Shown: positions 40,530 to 53,445 of the stretch, one piece after another
How the letters are laid out: each line of letters begins with the position of its first letter
Numbering within the stretch: the first letter of the stretch is position 1
Assembly (NCBI RefSeq): GCF_030144855.1
Contig: NC_082727.1
Location: 57,908,001-57,972,000 of the forward strand
DNA: 64,000 nucleotides
Reading direction: 5' to 3'
Source of the DNA: Hypanus sabinus
Taxonomy: Eukaryota
Made by a program: the position numbers and the translations under genes
Notes under the pieces: model-generated
The model's input: only the letters and a program-made list of their open reading frames with translations
The model's database searches: none
Told to the model about the DNA's origin: nothing

Positions 40530-40553
40530 ATGGCGGCGACGGTGGCGGCTCGG
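40530..40553 (+). CDS. PRDX3: peroxiredoxin 3, exon 1
   Basis: aagATGGCGGCGACGGTGGCGGCTCGG|gtgagg = MAATVAAR; strong Kozak context; phase 0 matches the next exon. Confidence 0.8.
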
Positions 40554-40618
40554 GTGAGGAGGACGGGACACCTCTCGCCGCGGCTGGCGAACGGGGGTTG
40601 GGGAGGGGGGTAAGAGAG

Positions 40619-40897
40619 GACATGATTTGAGAGTTAGGGGGCAGAAGTTTAAGGAAAACACGAGGGGGTATTTCTTTAATCAGAGAGTGATAGCTGTGTG
40701 GAATGAGCTTCCTGTAGAAGTAGTAGAGGCCAGTTCAGTTGTGTCATTTAAGGTAAAATTGGGTAGGTATATGGACAGGAAAGGAGTGGAGGGTTATGGG
40801 CTGAGTGCGGGTAGGTGGGACTAGGTGAGATTAAGAGTTCGGCACGGACTAGGAGGGCTGAGATGGCCTGTTTCCGTGCTGTGATTGGTATATGGTT
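40619..40897 (+). mobile_element. CR1 3' fragment at the start of PRDX3 intron 1 (many similar fragments, e.g. about 194-540, 2305-2585, 3040-3360, 11000-11760, 41945-42222, 43225-43577)
   Basis: ORF 40627..40824 (R..FFNQRVIAVWNELPVEVVEA.S..SFK..L..YM) is the CR1 ORF2 C-terminus, followed by the gggc.gagatggcctgtttccgtgctgt tail. Confidence 0.85.
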
Positions 40898-41554
40898 AAG
40901 TAGGAGAGTAGGAGGACCGTGCTCCTCATCCCTCCCGTTCAGAATAAATTTACAGAGGTCCGTCGAGGGTCTGTAGTTGTGTCCTAGTTGGACTTGACCC
41001 CAGAAGGACGCTGTCTCAATTAATTTAACTCCATGCTACCTGCGGGCCTTGGGCACGTCTTCCTTAATCTTTTCAAATAGTTTTCAGCTTGTCACGAATT
41101 TGTTTGCTGGACACCCTTCTCACTCTGTCCCCATATTCTCCCCCCCCCCCCAAGTGGGGCTGTGGGAATTTCGAAAACCTGACCGCCAGGTGCCGTGCAA
41201 CACCACCAAAACTCTCGGATTAGCTCTCTCGAAGATTAAAATAACTGGCATGACATCTGTAGTGATTAGGTCCGACCTTTTATACTCATCCATTCTCCTT
41301 GTTCTCAAGATTTAAAATCAAAATGAGATTTATCCAGGCTGTTTTATAACCTTCATTGCATCATAACTGCTTAAAGGTCAGGGTTGTTTATCCAGTACAT
41401 ATGCGCTAAATTTGGAATTTAAGCTATTATAACGTTTTGAATTCCCTCTGCTTGGAGCTAAGTTAATTGTGGGGAAAGTTGGAGATGATGCAACTAAGCC
41501 TATTTTCTTCAGTTGGATTAATTGACTTGCTTTTCTGTTTGCATCACTTTTTAG

Positions 41555-41681
41555 ATTTACAGGACATGTGTAAGCATAAGGGGAGTTACAGCAGCTTTGC
41601 ACAGACAATGTATTCAGAAAAACTTCATACACCGTCGGAATTCAACCCCTCTTGCAAACTATAAATGCAACTTTAGTACAA
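41555..41681 (+). CDS. PRDX3: peroxiredoxin 3, exon 2 (mitochondrial presequence)
   Basis: ttttag|ATT...ACA A|gtaagt, 127 nt open, IYRTCVSIRGVTAALHRQCIQKNFIHRRNSTPLANYKCNFST; basic with no acidic residues; phases fit exons 1 and 3. Confidence 0.85.
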
Positions 41682-42625
41682 GTAAGTGCTGTAGAAAAGC
41701 CATTTTTTTCTAATGAATGTCAAATTAATTAGCTTGGATGGCTGCCTGAAAGAAGCCCTTTAACCAAGAGTCAACTGAATTAAAAGGCTACTGAACTAAA
41801 AACATAGAATTATTCAGATAAAACTAGAGGATATTTCTAAAGAGCTCCGTGTATCTAGGGGTGATGTAATCACAAACTCCTCAAAAAAAACTTGTTTCAA
41901 TCTTAGTAGAATTACAATGAGAGGATACACTGAAATTGGGTGAAACTAGAACTAGAGGTCATAGGTTAAGGGTGAAAAGTGAATTATGTGAGGAAAATCT
42001 GAGGGGGTTCTTCACTCAGAGGGTGGCATGAGTGTGGAATGAGCTGCAAGCAGATGTGGTGGATGCAGGTTTGGTTGCAACACTTTAAGAGAAGTTTGGA
42101 TTAAGTATGTGGACTGGAGGCTATGGTCTAAGTGTAGGTCAATGGGATTAGGTAGAATTACAGTTCAGCATGGACTAGATGGACCAAAGGGCCAGTTTCT
42201 ATGCTGTAGTACTCTATGACTCTTCAAGTTCAACAACTTTCTAGTATGTATTGGTGGGGGGGGATTAGTTTTGAGAGTTGCTTCTGACTTTAAAAAAAAA
42301 TAAATGAGACCTTACGAACTTAGGTTTTGGAACTTTTCCTTGGAATATTTGATCTGCTTCTTTAGCCTTTTCTACAGATGACTTTTTTCTTTTAAAGAAC
42401 CAATTTAATTGGCCAAAATCTGTTTTTACTTTAAATCCACACACATAGTTCACATATAGACCAGTTAGTAAAATAGAACTGTGCTGTTGTATTGCCAATA
42501 ACATTCAGTCCAATTGGGACTTTTGTATTTGACAGTGCATGCAGGGAACTCCATTTAAAAGATTAAATGTTAACATTTTTAATTGATATCTGTCCCTTTA
42601 ATTAAGATTTATACCTTCTCTTTAG

Positions 42626-42767
42626 CTTATTCAAACTTTGCTCCTGCTGTTACCCAGCCTGCTCCCTTTTTCAAGGGCACTGCTGTAGTCAATGGTGAGT
42701 TCAAGGAAATCAGCCTGGATGACTACAAAGGGAAATATCTGGTCATTTTCTTCTATCCTCTGGATTT
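42626..42767 (+). CDS. PRDX3: peroxiredoxin 3, exon 3
   Basis: [43 protein letters not shown], 142 nt, ag/gtaagt. Confidence 0.97.
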
Positions 42768-45700
42768 GTAAGTAATTTCCATGGGCTCTTTGCTTTGGCC
42801 TTGACTGTAAAAGAAGTTATTTCTCAGCTAGAATTTCATTGACAAATTTTATATAAATCATGTTTATTGCCATGTGCAACTTTAAAATAGATATTTTGGA
42901 TAAAATTCTAAACTATTCCAGTATTCTATTTCCATGCATGCAAGTAATATTTTCTTATCTCTGTGAGCAGCAAAACAAAGTGTTGGGATTATGTTGTTCA
43001 GAGTTAAGGAAGCCTGCATATCGAAACTTTGTTATCAACTTTGAAAATATTAACCAAGTGGTGGGTGGAGAGCTTTTTTAACGGACAGTTCTTTCTTAAT
43101 TAAGCCCATCAACCCTACTGGGTCATAGGCCACCAACAGCAGAGCGCCAGAGTCCTCTGTCTTGGGCCAGTCCTTCAAGTTATCCATGGTGCAGTCCATC
43201 TGCTCCTTCCTACTGAATGATGACAGCCTTGATAGAGTGGATGTGGAGAGGATGTTTCCTATGGTGGGAGTGTCTTAAGACCAGAGGACACAAGCCTCAG
43301 AATAGAAGGGTGTCCTTTTAGAACAGAGATGAGGAAGGACTTCTTTAGCCAGAGAAATGAATCTCTGGAATTCGTTGCCACAGGCAACTGTGGAGGCCAA
43401 GCCTTGATGTATATTTAAGCCAGAGATTGATAAATTCTTGATTTGTCAGGGTATGAAAGGATACGGAGGGGAAGGCAGAAGATTGGGGCTGTGAGGAAAA
43501 ATGGTTCAGCCATGATGAAGTGGCAGAGCAGACTTGATGAGCCAAATGGCCATATTCTGCTCCTGTATCTTATGGTCTTCCTCTCCCAAGGACGAGGTTT
43601 TGGAGCTTCTGTTGGCATTTTTGTAGTACTAGGTCTTTATGGGATGGGGTTGCTAGTCCCATGCCTTTCTTTCACAGCCAAGCTTGGCACTGTCCATGGT
43701 GGAGTTTCTTACTTATGTTTTATTTAATCTGTTAATTGACGTGGATTTTTAATGTTTTTCTTTCCTCTAGTCTTAATTCGTTTCCTACCTTTTTCTCATT
43801 CTAAACCCATTCTGGTAGATAACGTATGTTCATTTTTGTACGTCCATATGCATATACTGAAAAGAACATTTATGTTTTCGCTGTTTATACTTGAAGCAAT
43901 GTGAGGGGGGAGGGTTGATGCTTTTGCTGCTGCTTTTGTGTGGTGGGGAGCTTTGGCGATCTGAATTTTTTCCTGTCATTCGTTCCTTGGAGTTTATCTT
44001 TTGTTTTGAGGATGTCTGTGGAGAACAAGAATTTCAGGTTGTATATTGTTCGCATTCTCTGATATTAAATGGAACTATTAAACATTGAAGCATTGCTGTT
44101 GATTATTATTGCCACTCCAAAGCTGTATACACTGTAGTAACTGATATAAAAGCTATATTCTCTATATGAAGTGTTATACATAAACATACACTTAAAATTT
44201 TGTCCATTGCTGGCATGATGAGTACTTTGGAATTTGTTCTAATCCAATTTGATATTGTTGGTATTTGGGAAAGAAGGTTGATTCCTGTATTGAAATTAAC
44301 AACCACATCAGACAGGCTCTGGAATGTTGGCTCTGTTTCAATCTTTTTTTGATTATGATGTTGTACAGTTGAACAGTTTGAATAATTTTTAACTATAAAT
44401 AAGGCTTAGCACTATGGTCCTTGAGAATTGTTGAAGATTTATGACATAAGTGGATGATATTGGACCCATTGCAACGCCAGTCTCTGATCTATAGATTCAG
44501 ATCTATCACACGTATATCAAAGCACACAGTGTAATGTGTTGTTTGTGTTAAAAACCAACACACCCAAGGATGTGCTGGGGGCAGCCTGCAAATGTCATCA
44601 CTCGTTCTGGTGCAAGCAAAGCATACTCACAACGTTCGGCAGAACAACACAAGCAGCAGCAGCTTGAGGCGAGAGCTGAATTCACTCACTCGCTCTCCGT
44701 GATGCTCATTCCACTCTCCAGGGTTTCTGGTGTTCTGTTGTTGGGTCAGTTTAAATGCCTGCCCAGATAGAACGAAAAGGAAAGGGTTTCAGTTGGGATG
44801 AGAGCCTTTCTCCGTGATGGTCATCTCCATGGCACTGAGACTGTAAAGACTGCTCTGGTTGCTGTGCTCCGTACCCACTGATATGATCAGCGAGTCTTTG
44901 TACCTATTCCATGCTGCTGCGGGGTTTGGATCTGAGGACTCCGTTTTGGTTTGGCATGCTGTCGTTGGCTTCAATCGTTTGCATGATTTGTATTTTTCTT
45001 TCTCTCGTGCATTGAGTGATGGGCTTTTTTTAAATTCTTTTCCTCTTTAATTGGGTTCTTTCAGGCTTCTTGCTTTGTAGCTACGTGTGAGCAAGCAAAT
45101 CTCAAGGTTGTATAGCATACACTCTTTGATAATAAATCTTGAATCTTGAATAACAGAACAAATCAAGTCAGCAGCATAATAACAAGCCTTTTTCTGACCT
45201 ACCCACCCCCTTTACAAACATAGACTTGACAAGCAACCTTGACCTTCAGATTCTACCTCTGGACTTGCAAACCTCAGTCTCTAACCTTTTTTGGGCTTTG
45301 TACCTCTGGGGATTTGCTGAGATCTTGACTTTCTCCTTTGGCTTTGCCGATTCTGGGTCTCAACCTTGGGTCTTGCTGATTGCAGGCTTGACCTTCGGGC
45401 TTCAACCCCAGGACTTGCCAATCATGGGTTTGAATTTTGGGCCTTACGGACTTGTACGACCATTCTGGCATGTGGTGGGGTAGAGTCACAGGCCCTCATT
45501 ACTCCCGCCTGTACGGACCTGCAGATCAGAGTAGCTAAATTGGGGATCACTGGTCTGCTCAGTACCTGCTGACCCAGCCTCCAGGAACTCTGATCCTCTG
45601 ACCTGGACTCCAAACACCAGCTCCTGCCCCTGACTTTTCACTCTCCCTCATTCTGAAAGTTTGCAGCTCCAGGTTAACATCAAAGCACATTTTTGTGATG

Positions 45701-47027
45701 ATTGCATTTACCTCCCTTTCATGCAATGAATTCCAGAGTTCTGCGCTCTGCATGGGGGAGAAATCCACCTATTTATCCTAATAATTTCTTCAAACTTTCT
45801 GTCCGGAGCATTGGTCCTGGTAATTTCAAATGCCTTCAGTCAAGTCTCCCCTCAGTGGGTGTGTTCAAATGAACCAAGCCTATCTAATCTTTCCTCATAG
45901 CTGAAATTTTCCAGTCTTTTCAACCTCTTTGAAAATCTCTCTGCACACTTTCCACTGTTATCTTTTTAAATATGACTATAACTGTGTGCAGTACCCCAAG
46001 CTGTGGTCTAATTAGCATTGTATAAGTTCCAGCATAATCTCCCTGCTCTTGTATTGCATGCTTCTGTCTAATAAAAAAAGCATGCAGTTTGTATCCACTT
46101 TATCAATCTGTCCAAATCCTTTGAAGGATCTGTGGACATATTCTCTATGGTTCTTCCTCACCTCAGTGTCCTTCCGTTATATTCACTTTGCTTTGTTGCT
46201 TCTCCCAAAAGCAATATTTCCCTTTTCAGATTGAATTCTGTTTTCCACTTTTCTGTCCAACAGTGTGGCTTTCTATATTTTCATGCAATCTAAAGTATTA
46301 CTCAATGGTGCCTATAGTAACAATTTTTGTATGTATTTTATTGTGCCGTCTGTACCCAAGTCTAAATCATTATCATTGGAAAAGCAAAGGACCAAGTACT
46401 GAAGCCCCAGACCACCAATGATGATGGCTTCCAGTTACAAAATCACTCATTTACTTTCATTTGCTGCTGCTGCTGGGTCAATTTTGGACTTTTGTCAATT
46501 TGTCACTGTCCCTTCAGATGAAACTCATGAAAAGTGCAAGCATGTTTACTGTGTTTTACGAAATAGCTCCTTTTCAACAACCAGTAGATTTAAGATTTGA
46601 ACAGCATTACTTTGTTCTGTGTGACCACTCAAATCTATGGAGTCATGATTGGTGCTCATATATTAAGATACAACTGAAGTACTCTAATAAATGTGTTTAA
46701 AACTTTAACAGCTTCAAACGATTTAAGTATTTGAAAATGGAAAGTTAAAGTACTGGGGGTTGCTTATGTTGTTTCTATAGTTAACTTTGAAACATGCTAA
46801 ATTAAATAGGTAGTTTTAATTACCTTTTGCTAAATGATATAGACAAAAGTCTAATTTTAAGAAATGTCTGTTTTTGTATCAAAGTATTTTCTAGAATACA
46901 AGCATTGGCAGATGTATTTTTGTAGTCAGCTTTTTGTTTCTTTCTGCATACATGGCCTAGATATGATTAGGAAAGATGTGTAGTTTTAAATAACTTCTAA
47001 GGACAAAAATGTATCCTTTTTTTTCAG

Positions 47028-47163
47028 TACTTTTGTTTGTCCGACTGAAATCATTGCTTTCAGTAACAAAGCAAGTGAGTTCCATGACGTAAACTGTGAA
47101 GTAATTGGTGTTTCTGTAGACTCTCATTTCTCTCACCTTGCCTGGATCAACACTCCAAAAAAG
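47028..47163 (+). CDS. PRDX3: peroxiredoxin 3, exon 4 (peroxidatic Cys)
   Basis: [45 protein letters not shown], 136 nt. Confidence 0.97.
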
Positions 47164-47589
47164 GTACAGAAGCATGCAGGAAGATCTTACACACCTGCAA
47201 TTGATTTTTAAAAATGAATTTTTGTTAAATTTTTGTGCAATAATTATGTAACTTAGTATTTAAGAATGTAATTAATATTCTGAATTTTCAGCAACACATT
47301 CAAGTTTTGGTGTTGAAAATTAAGCAGTCTTATCAGACTATTTCACAAATGTAATATGTTATAAGGTAACAAATTCTTAAGATCTGTACAAAATAATATT
47401 CTCTAAATTATCTTGGGATGGGAGAATTTTGTACTTTATTGAGGCAGGAATACAGAAATTATTGAGTTTGTTTCTATGAAGGTAATAAGAATTATATTTC
47501 AAAGTCAGTGTTATTTTAATTTACTAGTAAATATCTTTTAAATTTATGCATTTGGTTAAGTTTCTCCAATATTCATTCTTTTCTTCCAG

Positions 47590-47693
47590 AGTGGGGGTCT
47601 AGGGCACATGAATATACCACTGCTGTCCGATATAACAAAGCAAATCTCACGGGATTATGGAGTGCTACTGGAAAATGCTGGTATTGCTCTAAG
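47590..47693 (+). CDS. PRDX3: peroxiredoxin 3, exon 5
   Basis: [39 protein letters not shown] motif, 104 nt. Confidence 0.97.
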
Positions 47694-48479
47694 GTAAGAT
47701 ATTTTGTGTTGTAAGGGGAGCTTCCACTTCAGACCCTCAGATATTAAAGAGCTGATGAGATGATTGTGTGACCTGCAGATTCTGCCACTGGTGGAGCAGG
47801 GGAACCTTAATGACCAGGATGAATGGGCAATGTGGGAGCTGGTGCACTGCTTCTGCCATTTCACTGGGTGTGTGTGTCCCCAGTGAATAGTTGAGATTCT
47901 GGCTGCCATCCTGAACACTCCTCATTGACTTTGAACAGTCACAGACCAGGGATTCCCATGAGTTTGTGAGGATGTTAGACATACAGTCATTAAAGAACAT
48001 TCTTCAATGTATTATCTGTCCCGCAGATAATCTGTTGCTGTGACGGCACTCTGAACTGAGTGCCAGTTTTTGGAATCTGGTTTGTGCATGTGAATGACAT
48101 TGGAGCCTATTATGTGTAATTCAAAGATGTCCTGGGAAAGGTCAATGTTGGGAGGTAGAGAATAATAGTGCAGACAAAAAGTTTAAGATGTTGCAAGGTG
48201 CAAGGCTATAGTAGTGAGGAGAAAAGAACTGAGCCCTATTCTAGTATAAGTCATGAAGTAAAGTTACTTGGCACTGTAGAATTTTGAATCAATGTTGAAT
48301 CTAAAAAGCTGCAGTATGTTCAGTTTGAAGATGAGGTAATATTCCTCAAGCTTGCAGTAGACTTTGTTATAACAATACAGGGGCCAGAGTGAGATGAAGA
48401 GTTAAAGTGGCTAGGAACAGAAAACTCGGGGGTAGCCCATACGTACTGAGTTCAGGTTCTCTGCAGATTGATCTGCTTT

Positions 48480-49130
48480 TGGTTTCTCAGATTTAAAAAG
48501 TAGACCACCTGTGAACACAGTATACAAGACTGGATGTGTAAGCAAATTGCTGATTCACCTGCAAATCTGCAAAGACTGCTTTTCCTGAACAGTGGATGGA
48601 GAAGAGACTGAGGGACATGTGTTTCATCTCCTGCAGTTGTGTGGGTATGTGCGAGAAGAAAGAGAGTAATTGGTGGAAAATAATGGGGGAAGGAGTCACC
48701 AAAGATTGGTCCCTTCAAAATACTGAGGGGCATGACTGGGGAGAAAAAGATGTCTGGAGCTGGGAGAAATTACAAAGGAGAATCTGCTGAATACAAATAC
48801 TGGAGACACAGAATGCAAGAACTGTACTTCAGGAAAGAGTGTGGGAGCAGAGGTTTTGGAAACATGGAAAGCATTCAAGGGTACTGACTATTGTGACGGG
48901 GGTGCCACTGTTTAGAAAGATGGAAGATAAGAGGCTCCCAGTCTGGGTTCCACGGACCCCTCGGTTAATGGTAGTGGGCCATGGCATAAAAAAAGTTGGG
49001 AACCTCTGGTGTAGTAGGTCTCATCGTTGGAGCAAATATAATGGGGAAACGGGAAAATGGAATGGAGTCTTTATTGGAAGCAGGGGAGGAAGAAGCATTG
49101 TCAAGATAGCTGGGAAATTCTGTTTCGTAA
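48480..49130 (-). mobile_element. degenerate Penelope-like fragment in PRDX3 intron 5
   Basis: Minus strand QVNQQFAYTSSLVYCVHR resembles the GIY-YIG start seen at about 23215-23300; interrupted by a hAT MITE. Confidence 0.5.
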
Positions 49131-50715
49131 CAGATGGTGCTTACTGTGTATGCATGCAAAAATACTAATTTCAGGTGCATTTATGGTGACATGTATGTAA
49201 TAAAGTATGTACTTACTTCCTTTAATAGAAACACAGATCCTGTAAGGGAAGAGTCAGAGAGGGACCACGTGAAGCTGAGAGGTGCTTGGAAATTAGCAAC
49301 AAAACTGAAGGCATTGTTTGTGTCTAAGTGAAAGGAACAGAATCAATACAGTTGTACAAAGAGTGGAGAGAGACAATCACATATCCCAAAAAAAAGTTGG
49401 ATTTAATTTGGGCCTTTGTAAGTTCCCATAGTTAACTTTGATCTGGGATATTTTTTTTAAAAAAGACCCCACCATGACTATAAGCCGCATGTAGAAGTTA
49501 TTTCCTTTTCACTGTCATGATTAACTTTTGAAGTCCCAGAGAACAGACAGCAGTTCTTCATTGAGATTGGATATGCAGGCTTGCCTGGTGCAACACTTAG
49601 AGCAGAGACATGGAGAAGAGCCAAGTTCTGGTGACTGGAATGGTTTTCAGATACAAATGAATGTAGAAAGTTTTAAAACTAAAGTACACCTAACTCCCAC
49701 AAATAAAGGATAAATGCACCAAAATCTCAGATGTGTTGTGTCAAAAGCCAGATCAAAGAGAGTTGTACAGAAATCATTTCCATCAGTCAATGCACATTCT
49801 TGGTGTTGGAAATTAGAGTGAATTGAATGTATATTTCAAAACTTAAAGAGATAATGGGTATAGAGCGAGGACTAATTGGTTGGCATTCTCAAAGAGCTTG
49901 ACTCTTAGTTCGCTGTTATGAATTATACCCTTCTGCTTACAAAAGGGTAATGGCTGTGCCTTCTACAACAAAGCTCCACAGTAATAAACAAGTGTCGCAC
50001 TTTGTGGGATTTCCATAGACCAGCAACAATAGATATTAGAAGAGAAAAGTGATGCTCCTTGTCATTGGTCTGCCCTTGATTGAAGATACTGATTAATGTT
50101 AAAGTCAATCAAGCATCTATTTATTGTTCACTCTTTGAATTAGGTGATCACCCCAAATTAAATGTTTATGATTGAATTAAATGTCTGTTTTTGTTGTCGG
50201 TTCTCTCTGGCCCTGTACCTGTTTGTTAACACTATTCATGCAAATTGTTATTGTACTTGTTATGTTAAAGCAAAGGAAAAACTTAGAATTTTGTGTTAGC
50301 GTTTAAGCTGATTGGAGCAAAGATGTTTTTGCTATGAAGCAATAATATGTTTCAGTTACCTAGAATTCTTTCTACTTTCTTTATCTTGTATCTGTGACCT
50401 AAACTTGTCCGTATTTTTAAGCTATGCTGGCAAATTTATTCTTGAATAAGACATTTCATGCTTACCGTTCATTTCATTTTGCGAAGCAGATTTCATCTAA
50501 TCATTTTGATTAAGAGTGAAGTCCAAATGGGAAATAAAGCAACCATGTGCTAATTGAGAGCTCCGATTTAGTTTTGAATATTCATATTTTTCAGATTATT
50601 TTAATGTTTTTATCCTGGGAAGTTACAGCTTCAATTCTGACATGAAGTAAAATGTGATTAGTCTTTGAAGTAAAATTTTAAAAAATAGTAACTTTTCTAA
50701 ATTTTATTTTACCAG

Positions 50716-50881
50716 AGGCCTCTTCATTATTGATGTTAATGGAATTATCAAGCACGTAGGCATCAATGATTTGCCTGTAGGTCGCAGTGCTGAAGAAACT
50801 CTGCGCTTAGTTAAGGCATTTCAATTTGTTGAAACCCATGGAGAAGTTTGCCCAGCAGAGTGGACCCCTAACTCTCCAACG
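50716..50881 (+). CDS. PRDX3: peroxiredoxin 3, exon 6 (resolving Cys)
   Basis: [55 protein letters not shown], 166 nt. Confidence 0.97.
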
Positions 50882-51547
50882 GTATGTAATTTTGCACTTA
50901 ATTTAGCAGCTCAATAAATGAGTAGGGCTAAGCTTTTGTGGGGCCAAGCAAACAATTCAGTTGTAAAGCAATTAACTTAAGTTTTGCATAATTTACAGAA
51001 GTTATATTTTCCTGCAGTTTCTTCAAATGTCAAGCAATTTAAAATTATGCTAGTTAACTTCCTAATGAGTGGGTAGCTGTGATATCAATATGAGCTCAAA
51101 CATGTTCTTGCTTTCAGTAGAACAAAAGCTAGATGCCTTTTAATGTGGTACCTTGCTTGTCCCTTTTCAAGTCCTGTTTTGAAAATAAAGGAGCAGTTTG
51201 AACTGAAATATGAATGAACAATTCTATTGTATGTAGAATTGCTCTGGAAACTGGTAGTTCATAGCATTTTGATACGCATTCACTGAAATTGTATTTACAG
51301 CAAATGGGATTAAAATACCACTTGATTTGCTAAATCCTGGTGATGTTCTATAAGCAAACTTTCAAATTTAGGTAGTAATGGGTTTTCTGAGATTTCATAG
51401 TTTGGGGTACCATTCCCTGAAATTTTCAATTACCTCAGAAGGTATTTGGCATCTTGCCTTGGGTTTCTGGCTGACATATGCAACTTGGTGTGGAACGGGA
51501 GGTTGAAATTATATTTCCATCTGTTCGACTAAATCACTCTATTGTAC

Positions 51548-52413
51548 TGTTACGAAATCCCGTAACTGGATCACCTACCAGCAAAGATAGAGAGGTCCAT
51601 TGAAGACTGATGGTATTATTTTTAAAAGTCTTTATTTATGAAGGGGCACAAAAATAAGATTAATACAAACATTCAGATAATATACGTCGTCACTACTCAA
51701 TCTAAAAACGCGGGTCTAATAATAACCATCAATAAGAAACAGCTCGATCATTTGTCTAGGGGATAATATATTGTCCGATGGAAATATAAACGTCACTCAG
51801 TTCCTGCAGGCCTCAGCCTTTTGGTGGGGGGGGGGGGGGGGACCGCTGGGTTTTCACTTGTTAGAGAGAGAGAGAGATTGGTGAGAAAAGAAACTTGCCT
51901 GGGTCTTTATGAAGCGAATCTGTTGAGTCAGGGGAGCGGGCTTCCCCGTTGTTAGCTAAAAGTTGGTTTCCATGGTTCCAGTCACCAATTCCAGCAACGG
52001 AATCGAACGCACGTGACTTCCTTCAAATGGCTACCCGCTACTACGGGATCGTTAGCGTTTCTTCTGGTGTGTCTAAAGGGGGTGTTCCCCCAGACCCTCT
52101 TTTATACTTCCTCAAGGGGTCTCAGATGTCAATCAGGTTGGGATGATGCAATCTCTCTCTCAACCAGCCCACTTTGCCCGAGGGCTTGCATGTAGCATAG
52201 TCCCCAATCCACAAACGTGCTCTCCAGGAGACAATGGTCAATGTAGCATTATTTTGCATCGCGGTGGAACGAGGTATTCGGGACGTCTCTCTCTCCCATT
52301 TCCTGGGTCTCCTGAACGGACTCAATAGTGATCTTGCGATTCTCACAAAGGAGGGGGCTCCCCCCCCCCCCCCCGCCCCTTTGGCCCCTCAGAGCTGTGG
52401 TGCATTCATAACA
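51548..52413 (-). mobile_element. solo LTR in PRDX3 intron 6, antisense
   Basis: Inverted termini TGTTACGAA...TTCATAACA, 4-bp flanks gtac/gttc, minus-strand TATAAAAG (52106-52099) upstream of minus-strand AATAAA (51636-51631), CpG-rich. Confidence 0.8.
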
Positions 52414-52659
52414 GTTCTATTAGTTTAATCTTCTGGTTTTTACTTCTCTCCCCAACCTGCAGAATTTCCTCATTCTTTGATTTTAGTGAGAAGTTGAATT
52501 TTAATTTTAATTCCCAGACTAACACAAATGAAGCAGATTCAGTATAAGTGTCATTATTTCTAAATTATTGTTAAACTTCTTGGGACTATATTCATTCTAT
52601 AATATTTTATTATACCATAAAAACATATTTGTCTATTAATCCTTCCATTTGTTTTACAG

Positions 52660-52713
52660 ATCAAGCCATCCCCAGAAGCTTCCAAAGAATATTTTTCAAA
52701 AGTCAATGAATAA
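52660..52713 (+). CDS. PRDX3: peroxiredoxin 3, exon 7 (terminal)
   Basis: acag|IKPSPEASKEYFSKVNE*, YF motif. The seven exons total 753 nt = 250 aa plus stop. Confidence 0.96.
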   Translation: MKPSPEASKEYFSKVNE

Positions 52714-52864
52714 CATCTAATATCCATGCCTTTTATTGGTGTATTTTGATGTTTGGACAGAATGACTATTTGGAGGTGGAGGTTTTCTTTATCTGGGATA
52801 AGTTGTCACATAAAGTTAGAGTCAGCAATAGGCCTGATGTTTAATCATTGAATCTTATGTGCAA

Positions 52865-52870
52865 AATAAA
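52865..52870 (+). terminator. proximal PRDX3 poly(A) signal candidate (distal candidate at 53606-53611)
   Basis: AATAAA about 150 nt after the stop, followed by T/GT-rich sequence. Confidence 0.5.
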
Positions 52871-52905
52871 AACTATACTACTGAATGTTCCTTTGCTGTT
52901 TAATA

Positions 52906-53445
52906 CAGTACTGTGCAAAAGTCTTAGACACATATATATAGCTAGGGTGCCTCAGAGTTTTGCACGGTATGGAGTTGTCAATATGGAGTGGAGAGCAAGT
53001 TTGTATATCTGTCGGGAGCAAAGGATGTTGTGAATGGCAAGGATGGGGCTCTCTGAGAACAGTGTGGAAAAGGCAGAGAAGGAGTGCCAGGGGTGTGGGG
53101 TGGTATGGATGCTGACACACTCAGCACTGAGACACCAGGTAAAGTCATTTGATTCCAAACAATTGGTTTGTTGCTCATTAAAGAATGTCTCTCTGGTGCT
53201 TCCCACTCCCTCTCCTCTTCCTTCCCTTTTTCCCAACCATGATTTCGTTCTCCTAGCCCTCTTCCCACTCTCAGTCCACAGTAGAGACTGGTATTAGAAT
53301 CAGGTTTATCATCACATATATCATAAAATTTGTTCTTGTTTATTGCAGCAGCAGTGTGCAGTGCAATACTTAAAATTATAATACTGTACAAAAGTCTTGG
53401 GTATCCTGGCTATATAGGTATGTGCCTAAGACTTTTGCACAGTAC
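52906..53445. repeat. two inverted copies of a roughly 65-bp palindromic Tc1/mariner-type MITE (52906-52970 and 53382-53445)
   Basis: Each copy is tactgtgcaaaagtctt...aagacttttgcacagta-like; the asymmetric middles show opposite orientation. Confidence 0.75.

Noticed and set aside
40141-40661. Several overlapping 76-138 aa ORFs on both strands
   Set aside because: Expected in GC-rich, stop-poor promoter DNA; the real coding parts are the short LSM1 and PRDX3 first exons.
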